Below the pieces are notes generated by a model. That model saw only the letters and a program-made list of their open reading frames with translations, was not told where the DNA came from and did not search any database. DNA of 64,000 nucleotides. Origin: Somniosus microcephalus (Eukaryota). Positions 52,192-61,640 of the stretch are shown here, in pieces (position 1 is the first letter of the stretch; every line of letters begins with the position of its first letter). The position numbers and the translations under genes were made by a program. Location of the stretch: NCBI GenBank assembly GCA_052327205.1, contig CM126204.1, positions 322,462,001-322,526,000 on the forward strand, read 5' to 3'.

Positions 52192-54114
52192 TGTAACCAT
52201 TATTAAATAACTGTAATATGTGAAATTGTATGTTAAAAACCTAAAAAGCCTGTATAAAATGGCGAATGGTTGAGAAGTAAAGCAGGATGGGAAATTATGC
52301 CAACCTGACTAAAACTCTGTTAGAAAATGCTGCATTAAACCCAGAGATAGTAGGAGGCATGGAATTCGGTAATGTTATGGAAAAGAGATGAGAGCTAGAG
52401 GAGAGATATGAGTTAGAGACAGCCTTCATATAAGAAGCTGCAGAATAGACAAACTGTTGAGAAAACACCTCAAGAATGTTCTGTAAAGTGAAACTCTTAG
52501 ATAAGGGTAGCTTGTTATGCACAGAAAGAGGCTTAGTGAGATTCACAAGGTCATAAGATGACTGGCAAGGAGAGGAGGGACATTTACAAGGTGTCAGAGG
52601 GCTAGTTACTGCCACGTAGGCAAAACGGGGAAAAAAAGGTATAAATGAGCAGCTATTGAACACTGAAGGCAGCGCGAGGCATGCAAGATCACAAGTTAAT
52701 TGTCCTTATGATTTTCCCCTCTCTATCTTGTTGGGAAGAGGCTTGGCTAATGCATCCCATTCAATGCCCTACTAAAAACAGCAACCTATATTTTTAGACC
52801 TATATACAGTGAAGTTATAAAGCACATTGCAGCACCAACAAGGAAATAATTCCCACTTTGCTGAGTTGCTAATCCAAGCGGTACTACTGTGGGGAGAGAA
52901 AGGGAAAGTCATCACAAGGCCATGTCTCATGTGGCTCCAGGTGGTCGTTCAGAGCAACACTGGCATAAGGTCGAGGAACAGGTTACTGAAGAGATCGCAA
53001 AGTCTCTGTTTGAAGAATGGACTCAGTCGAGAATATCTTTGTGGACTTTATGTGCTGAGGGTGTTTTCCCTGTGGTGGGATCGCCCTGTGCAGATGCATG
53101 GGGGACTGGTTTGTTAAAACTCCAGAGAACGCATGGCAGTTGGCTGTGACAAAAGAACTGTCAGTCATGCAGAATGTATGGATTCGCTCGACAGTCCTGG
53201 AAAAAGAAAGGGGGCCATTGAACTTGAACTTATTAGAAAGCCACTCTAATATGCAAAAGCACTTCTCACCTCCATCTCAGAAGAGAAGCAGAACAATGAA
53301 CCCACTAGCCTCAGCCAGCCAAAGAGGAGCCAGTTTTTCCCCAACACAAAGACCAAAGATATGTCCCAGACTTAGGGCCATTAATCCAATCACGGAATAC
53401 TCATGGGTCCGATGATGACCCATCACTGATTAAGCACCGGAGTGCTTAGACACAAAAGGATTTTAAAGATTGGTGGGAAAGATAGGGGTAGCCAGACTCC
53501 TATAAAGATAGATCCTTTCCCACCATTCTCTCTCTCTCTCGCTCCCGCGCCAACAAGATTGACCTAACAAGAAGTACCAGAGAAGCCGCCGAGTGGAGCG
53601 ATCAAAACCGACCGCGTGTGGGGGTAAGCATAGTCTCGATTATCCCAAGCCAGTAACCCGATATCCCAGGCGAGCTGGGTGAGCTGTAAGGGGCTCAGAG
53701 TTTTCTCAGAAGTGAAGTTTTTGGGCTATTCCAAGGGTGGGAGCTTCGTTTGGTTCAGCCAGGCGGAGGGATTTATGTGACTGGGTAATTCGTTGGTAGG
53801 GGTGGAATTAGAGTCCACCATAGCAACAAGGGAATTACTGCTTGTTATAGTCCCCAGTTGTGTACTGTATGTATGTTGTTTGTAACCTGGATTTTATTCT
53901 CCACAGAGACAGTGATTTCGTTTAGTAGTGCATGTTTTAGCCAGTGTATGTTAGACCAAATAAATATAAGTTTGATTTTTCACCGAAGCATTCCTGTCCA
54001 TGACTTATATCATTTACACTCTGAATAATAATTCCCGGGTATAGAACTTTCGTAAGGCGGGGGCGATTCGAACCGTCCGTCTAGCAATTGGGCTAGGATC
54101 AAAAACCGCTTACA
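52192..54114 (+). mobile_element. Probable solo LTR (~1.9 kb)
   Basis: Begins TGTAA and ends TTACA; TATAAA at 53501, (CT)n after it, AATAAA near 53959; no coding similarity; no clean TSD seen. Confidence 0.5.
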
Positions 54115-54847
54115 TTACACCTGCAGCTGCATGAAGGTCAAATGACCAGAGAACAGGAAAAAGAAACTGAGGGGAAAAGATGAGGGGTAACATGCCTTGA
54201 AGGCAGAGAGAGAATTTTCTCATTATATCAGTCAGGTGTACAACTATTCACAGTTCCCTGTCAGTAATCAAAACCTTCATAAAACTGCAGCAGCAGTCAT
54301 TGTTTTAAAAAGACTGATTTAATGACATTATTGTAAAATGGATTGCTCTGAATGATTCTCTAATGGAAAAACCACATCATATTGGAAGGAAAACCTGTTA
54401 TTGTAACTTGCTGTTTATTATCACCATGGGAAGCATCATCAGGAGTAAAGGAGTACAATACTGCTGCATTCTGTTGAAAAATTCCTTGAAGTCTGCATGA
54501 GAAGTATTCTGTACTCATTATGCTTGCACATTAAATCTGTATAAGCAACATTAATTTTTCAAAGACTGCTATTAGTGTAACTGAAGATATTTTATTATAA
54601 ATTAACACATAGAAGCATCTCTTTATGACAGTTTTAGAGTCAGCTCTTCATGTGTAAAAGTCTACTACAGCTCCCATCAAAAGGTCAATTTCTTAACTAT
54701 AGCAATGGTCTCTTTGCACTGTGGATAATCTAGTCGCAGCTACACAAAAGGCATACTCTTCAAATTATACTGGGAATACTAGATGTGAGGAAATGGATTA
54801 CCAGGCACTTAACCAATTGAGGATTTCTGTGACACTAAAGAAAGAAC

Positions 54848-54990
54848 TTGTATTTATATAGCGCCTTTCATGACCTCAGGATGTCCCAAAGCATTTTGCA
54901 GTCAATGATGTACTCTTTGAAGCGTAGTCACTATTGTAATGTGGGAAATGAGGCAGCCAATTTGTGTGCAGCAAACTCCCACAAACAGCA
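54848..54990 (-). mobile_element. DeuSINE/SacSINE1-like SINE, 3' half
   Basis: ttgtatttatatagcgcctttcatgacctcaggatgtcccaaagc...cagcaaactcccacaaacagca; continues at 56698 after the L2. Confidence 0.85.
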
Positions 54991-56697
54991 TAGCCCTGAA
55001 CTCTCATCTTTCTCCAGTTTCTCTCCGATCTCCCCTCATGACCTCTCTGCGCTCATCTTGTCTATGAGATCGACCTCCTGCTCCCTCGACACTATTCCCA
55101 CCAAACTGCTGACCACCCAACTTCCTTTTCTGGCTCCCATGCTAGCTGATATTGTTAATGGTTCTCTCTCCTCAGGTACTGGCCCCCTCTCCTTCAAATC
55201 TGCCCTCATCACCCCTCTCCTCAAAAAACAACCCTTGATCCCTCCATCCTTGCAAACTACTGCCCCATCTCCAACCTCCCTTTCCTCTCCAAAGTCCTTG
55301 AAAGTGTTGTTGCCTCCCAAATTGGTGCCAATCTTTCCCGTAATTCCATGTTTGAATCCCTCCAATCAGGTTTCCGCCCTTGCCACAGTACCGAAACGGC
55401 TCTCATCAAGTCACAAATGACATCCTTTGTGACAGTGACAAAAGTAAACTATCCCTCCTCGTCCTTCTCGACCTGTCTGCAGCCTTTGACACGGTTGACC
55501 ACTCCATCCTCCTCCAACGCCTCTCCACCATCATCCAGCTAGGTGGGACTGTACTCGCCTGGTTCCATTCTTATCTATCTAATCGTAACCAGAGAATCAC
55601 CTGCAACGGCTTCTCTTCCCGCTCCCGCATCATTACCTCTGGTGTCCCCCAAGGATCTATCCTTGGCCCCCTCCTATTTCTCATCTACATGTTGCCCCTT
55701 GGCGACATCATCTGAAAACACAGCGTCAGTTTCCACATGTACGCTGAAGACACCCAGCTCTACCTCACTACCTCTTCTCTCAACCCCTCCATGGTGACTA
55801 AATTGTCAGACTGCTTGTCCGACATACAGTTCTGGATGAGCAAAAATTTTCTCCAATTAAATATTGGGAAGACCGAAGTCATTGTTTTCGGTCCCCGCCA
55901 CAAACTCCGTTCCCTAACCACTGACTCCATCCCTCTCCCTAACATCTGTCTGAGGCTGAACCACACTGTTCGAAACCTTGGTGTCATATTTGACCCTGAA
56001 ATGAGCTTTCGATCACATATGCACAGCATAACAAAGACCGCCTACTTCCACCTCTGTAACATTGCCCGTCTCCATCCTTGCCTCAGTTCATCCGCTGCTG
56101 AAACCCTCATCCACGCCTTTGTTACCTCTAGACTTGGCTATTCCAACGCAATCCTGGCTGGCCTCCCACATTCCACCCTACGTAAACTTGAGGTCACCCA
56201 AAACTCGGCTACTCGTGTCCTAACTCGCACCAAGTCCCGATCACCCATCACCCCTGTGCTCGCGGACCTACATTGGCTCCCGGTTAAACAACGCCTCGAT
56301 TTCAAAATCCTCTATGGCTTCGCCCCTTCCTACCTCTGTAATCTCCTTCAACCCCACAACCGCCCCCCCCCCCCACCCCGAGATATCTGCACTCCTCTAA
56401 TTCTGCCCTCTTGAGCATTCCTGATTATAATCGCTCAACCTTTGGTGGCCGTGTCTTCTGTTGCCTAGGCCCTAAGCTCTGGAATTCCCTGCCTAAACCT
56501 GTCCGCCTCGCTACCTCTCATTCCTCCTTTAAGACGCTCCTTAAAAACTCTCTCTTTGACCAAGCTTTTGGTCACCTGCCCTAATTTATCCTTATATGGA
56601 TCGGTGTCAAATTTTTTTGTCTTAAAATATTCCTGTGCAGCGCCTTGGGACGTTTTACTATGTTAAAGGTGCTATATAAATACAAGCTGTTGTTGTT
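54990..56697 (+). mobile_element. L2 LINE, 5'-truncated, RT region with stops/frameshifts
   Basis: LLDLSAAFDTVDH, GVPQGSILGPLLFLIYM, YAEDTQLY, NFLQLNIGKTE, LHWLPVKQRLDFK; (tgt)n tail. Confidence 0.95.
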
Positions 56698-56997
56698 ATC
56701 ATGACCAGATAATCTGTTTTAGTATTGTTAGTTGAGGGATAAATATTGGCAAGGACACAGGGGAGAACTCTTCTCTTCTTCGAAATAGTGCCAGGGGATC
56801 CTTTACATCTAGAGGGCAGACGGGAACTCGGCTTATCATCTCATCCAAAAGGCAGCACTTCCGACTGTGTAGCACTCCCTCAGTAGTGCAATGGAGTGCG
56901 AGTCTAGATTTTGTGCTAAAGTCTCTGGAGTGGGACTTGAACCCACAACCTTCTGACTCAAGGTGACGGTGTTACCTACTGAGCCACAGCTAACACT
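56698..56997 (-). mobile_element. DeuSINE/SacSINE1-like SINE, 5' half with tRNA-derived head
   Basis: Minus-strand Pol III A box TGGCTCAGTAGG and B box GGTTCAAGTCC, then a Deu-like domain gggagtgctacacagtcggaagtgctgccttttggatgagatg. Confidence 0.85.
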
Positions 56998-58333
56998 GTG
57001 AGTGAATCCTCAACACATTTTTTGGGCAGGGACTCAGAAATTACAGGACAAGAGAGTCTATTTGGTCCATTGTGCCTGTACCGGTTTTAGCTCTTCAATT
57101 GGAGCGATCTACTCTAATTCCATTTCCCTGCCCAGCAGAAGTAACCAAGTAGGCACATGAGGAAGAATTATTGAAGGATAAGTCCTTACTCTGTTGCGAC
57201 AATAAGAACATGAAACTTAAGAACATAAGAAATAGGAGCAGGAGTAGGACAAGTAAGAATGTCTCTGCACCAGGAGAGCTACACCATGGAGGAGAATGGA
57301 CTGGTTGACTGTTTTGAAGGGCTCTGAGAGGTTGATGCGCTACGGTCATGGGGGCCATTGCAGGCCTGACCAGAAGCTGTTTTATGTATTTTCTGTACAG
57401 CGGCGTTAGCAGAGTTCCGGGGATAGCTTGCTGCTTGGTATCTTGGCTGCAACAGTTGTGCATTAGGAGAACAACAAAGGGGAGGGAAAGAATATACTGT
57501 ATGTATATACACACACATTTTAAAAGCGCAATTCTATTGTGATCTTTGGTCATTTTAGACTAATTCTGCTGTGAAGCTCTCCAGTCATGCATATCTGAAC
57601 ACCATCGCCAATCAGTGCAATGATTGAAATTACGACTTGTAGTAACATACCTCTGTGGCTCATCTTAAACATAGTAAATCCTACACAACAGTGACAGCTT
57701 AGTAATGATAATATTGTAAAGGATTATCATAAGTACTGTGTCTGGTACTAAGCATCACTGGCTCATGCATGGTTCTGGTTTAATGTAGTGTGTCACAAGG
57801 TGTCCTTCAAGTGCAGGCTAACTCATACCACCAAATGAGTGTCTCTTACAGTACCAGGTAATAAAAATTTTCATTCTCACATGTTTAATTTGGGCTTCAT
57901 GGGACTGTTATTACGGTCAAATTACAGTTGCAAACTCATGTCAACAAATTAATTTCCCTTGTGACCATTAATAGCTTTTAGTATGAGCTAACCTTTAGAA
58001 ACTGTCTCTGGCTGGACACTAATGGTACATTTATATTGGATCTACTAGTTTTACGCCAGTATGATTTTGAGCTGGCAGCACCGAGTTATACTTCTCTGCT
58101 CTATAATACTCTCAAATGGGGAAAAAACGGAGCTCTGAGTGCCTTCTGAAATTCATGTGCATAGCAATGCTTGCCAGTGTCTGAATGTCTGTGTATATCT
58201 TAATGTTAGGCAGATCAGTGGGACCTGGGGGCTTTGTAAACATTTTCTTGTAAAACCATATTTTCTATAGAATAAGTTTGATATTGCGCCAGTAGTGTTG
58301 CATCATAATGATGATTTACACCATAATAATGAT

Positions 58334-58475
58334 CAATGTTCCCTGTAATTTCTTTTTGGGTGCACAGCCCCATTCAAACTTCTGCACATGCGGGTTTTTC
58401 CACTGAGAAACCGGCAAGCAACCTGCGCGAGAGCTTCAGACGGCTGTGCGGCCACACAACTAAACGGGAACACTG
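58334..58475. mobile_element. hAT MITE
   Basis: TIRs caatgttccc / gggaacactg; 8-bp TSD ataatgat / aaaatgat. Confidence 0.8.
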
Positions 58476-59526
58476 AAAATGATTTACACTTTAGGAATGA
58501 ACAAAGTCTTTCAACACTTGTCAAATAAACCTAGCAAGTTGCTGCTACTGGTACAAAGGGCTATAATATAGCCAGTGTTGGTGAAGAGTCACATTAATGA
58601 GAATTCCGTCGCAGTCCAATTGGCATGACTCTCTGGCAGATGTCATGGAACCTGCCTCTCACATGTAAATGACCCCAGTACTGGAATGATGGGAGGTGGG
58701 CATGAACTTCACCCTACTGAAGATACATCCTGAGTGGGATGGGAGAGAAGTGACCTGGAAAGCCTAGGCCGCTGTGTCGCTATAAATGGAGTGCATTGTA
58801 GTATTATTTCACTGGCACTTAGAGAGAAAATAAGAATATAAGGGCCCGTAATTTCCGATAGGAGGCTTCCTGCGTGCAGATGCCTCCTATTGGAAAAATA
58901 TCTACGCCCTTACTTGAGGGCTCCCGAGGTCGAGACACTTCCGATGCTGGGCCTCTCCACAGTCGAAATGCACAGGGCCCACGTATCCCAGGGGTGCAGG
59001 CAGTTAGCAAGCGTCCCTGGGATCACGTGGGCCAGGCGAGCCAATGAAAGAAGGGAATCTCCCTTCATACTGTTGACAGGTAGACCCGTCAAAAGTATGA
59101 ATGGAGATCATCCCAAAAAGACACTAAAACATTCAATACATTTTTTTTTAAATCACGTTTTTAAAATGAGTTAAATTACATTAAATTAAATATTTTAAAC
59201 AAAAATTTAATTTTTGAACAAAAGAATTAAAGTTTTTTTACAGGGCTAAAAATAAACTTACCTTTTTTAAAAGTATTTCTAAATTATAAATGAGTGAAAT
59301 AAAAAAAAAAAAACTTTTTTAAAACTCTTATGCTGGCAAAAGCAGGCCTTACCAAGCTTAAGATTTCTTAATGTTTTCAACGGGCGGAGGTTCTGCAGAA
59401 AGCGGAACTCTCCCCCCACATAGGCCCTTCTCCAGGGCAGGCGTCCGATCTGATTGGAAATGCCGGTTTTCAGCGCATGCGCTTCGCATGCCTGAAACTG
59501 GCATTTCCGATGTCCCTACGGGTGTG

Positions 59527-60077
59527 GTGTGGAGATGCCGGAGTTGGACTGGGGTGGACAAATGTAAGAAGTCACACAACACCAGGTTATAGTCCAACAG
59601 CTTTATTTGAAATCACAAGCTTTCGGAGCGCTGCTCCTTCTTCAGGTGAAGTGGAGAAATGCATAAAGACACAGCTTATATAGTCAGAGAATCATGTCAG
59701 ATGTTTACAGGTAACCTTTCCAACTGCCATTTATCACACCTCGGCAGAGAGATAATCACAGCAGTCAAAGGTGTGAACGGTGTCCAAACAGGTCAGTCAG
59801 GGAAACATTACATCAAAGAACAATGAGGTGGGGTCACAAGGGGTCAAATATTGCAGATGCTGGGGTCTGTATGAAAAACAAAAAAAGACAAAAAACATTT
59901 TTTTTGGCTGGAAATCACAGCAGGTCCGGCCGCATCTGTGTAGAGAGAACAAGCCAATGTCGACTCGAGTCTGGATGACCCTGCGTCAGGTAGGGTTACA
60001 TGTAGCGTGACATGAACCCAAGATCTCTGTTGAGGCCGTCCTCGTGGGTGCGGAACTTGGCTATCAGTTTCTGCTCG
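59527..60077 (-). mobile_element. Penelope-like retroelement 3' end (GIY-YIG C-terminus plus pseudo-LTR)
   Basis: Minus strand 60076-59996 EQKLIAKFRTHEDGLNRDLGFMSRYM* fits the PLE GIY-YIG E..I....T....GLN tail; hammerhead motif and AATAAA downstream. Confidence 0.88.
59613..59649 (-). ncRNA. Minimal type I hammerhead ribozyme motif (Penelope-associated)
   Basis: UCAC-CUGAAGA-A-GGAGC-AGC-GCUCC-GAAA-GC-UU-GUGA: core CUGANGA/GAAA, 5-bp stem II, stem I UCAC/GUGA, palindromic AAGCUU in place of stem III. Confidence 0.72.
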
Positions 60078-60719
60078 TACACACCCATAGGCATCGGAAA
60101 ATATGGGCCAAGAAGGTAGCAATGAGGTGCAAAGTGAAGCACCAATACAAAATGCCATGGGAGTCGAAGGAATCATGTTACCCATCTCAGCTGTATTTCA
60201 TGGGGAAGTGAAAAGTAGAGACCAGACACGGCACCACAATGAAAGGGAAAATTAGGAATACAACCATTTGATAATACTGTGTTAACAGCACTAGGAAGTA
60301 GTCTATTATGTATGTTGACAGTTTTAATTCTTAAGTAGTTGCTTGTGGCATTACTTTTTTCCTTCATTGTTTCTTTTGCTTCTTACTAATCCCCCAGTTC
60401 TTCTTGTTCTACACAAAGAACTTCCCAGTGTCACTGAAGAAATGTATTATTCAATTTCAACTACTTGACCTTACTTGCATCTTTGCATAGCAGACATTAC
60501 TCTTGATTCAAACATCAGCAAAAACACATGCTTAGCAGTTAACATATATATTAATAAAACCATCCAGATTAGACAGCTGACAGTGCAAAATTAGCAAGTG
60601 ATTGCTGGGATATTTCCTTTATTGAGAAAATTCTCGAACATTATCGCATTTGCTTTTTTACCTCTAATGTTCTCCTCTCCTATTCGAAGGTAACTCATAC
60701 TGGGTTATAGCTCCACAGG

Positions 60720-61280
60720 CAGGGTTGCCAACTCTGGTTGAATGTATTCCTGCAGGTTTCATCACATGACCTCCTGCTTCAAATTGCCCCGCCCCCCCAC
60801 CACTGGTCGACAACATGTCCATCCTCAGGGCGCACCGCCTTTCGAAGACAATTAGAAAGCGAAAATCTTTTCATTACCTAATTGGATGATGCTTGACCGT
60901 CAGGTAAACAACTTGTTTCCCCATCTCCAATATTTTTAGAACTAATAAACAGAAGTGTACAAAGAAAATGAAAACAAAAACTTTAAAAAAAAAATATCGT
61001 TCTGATTTTTCTCCAGGGTTGCTTGTAGCTGTGCCCTGGAGATTGAGCTTCAATTTCTGGAGACTCCTGGCCAATCATGGCAGGTTGGCAACCAATGTTC
61101 CCTGTAAGCGGCGCAGTCATGCGGCGCTCTAGGGAACCCATGCAGCCAGCTTGTCAATGTAAAAACCACGTATGCGCAATATTTTGAAGGGCCCCACTGC
61201 CCCTTAAAGGGACCACACAGACCCTTAAAGGGGCCACGCAGGGACAAAAGAAATTACAGGAAACATTGTTGGCAACCCTA
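60720..61280. mobile_element. hAT MITE (AGGGTTGCCAAC ends)
   Basis: cagggttgccaac / ttggcaacccta; 8-bp TSD tccacagg / tccacaga. Confidence 0.85.
61093..61268. mobile_element. hAT MITE nested in the TIR of another hAT MITE
   Basis: caatgttccctgtaa / ttacaggaaacattg; perfect 8-bp TSD ttggcaac; related to 58334-58475. Confidence 0.9.
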
Positions 61281-61640
61281 TCCACAGACAGCAGCAATCT
61301 TCCAGTACCTTGCCCAAGTGGCCATTCTTCATATACAAGTCCAGATAATGTGTGTCAGGAGGTTTTATGATGGGAGGTATTACAACCAAACCCAATCCTG
61401 TCCTTACCCCAAATTCACACATGTACACTTTCCACTAAGGACCATGAGATAGTGATCAAGAGTGGGAACATTGGATGATTTTTTCCACCCTCCTTAGCCC
61501 AGGGATACTAAGTTGAAGTGTAAGGCCTTACCAAAGCCCTTTCTGACATCATTAACTCAGCACAGATCATGAATAGAATCTAGGAAGTTCCTGGGCTCAG
61601 TAGTACATCATGTGGTGCATTTCCCCAGTTAGTAACTGGG
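61281..61640 (-). mobile_element. Old tRNA-derived SINE (degenerate)
   Basis: cccaagtggccattcttca...cccaatcctgtcctt...ttaactcagcacaga...gtggtgcattt; recognised by eye, Pol III boxes decayed. Confidence 0.5.

Larger units (their letters stand above)
58843..60109. mobile_element. Harbinger-type MITE interrupted by Penelope
   Basis: aag|ggcccgtaatttccgat ... atcggaaaatatgggcc|aag (AAG TSD); multiple internal hairpins. Confidence 0.82.

Noticed and set aside
55737-56414. Longest ORF (225 aa) as an active RT or domesticated gene
   Set aside because: 5'-truncated L2 with an upstream stop and frameshifts, and YADD altered to YAED.
56920-56997. tRNA gene
   Set aside because: A/B boxes are present but continue into a SINE body with no proper acceptor stem.
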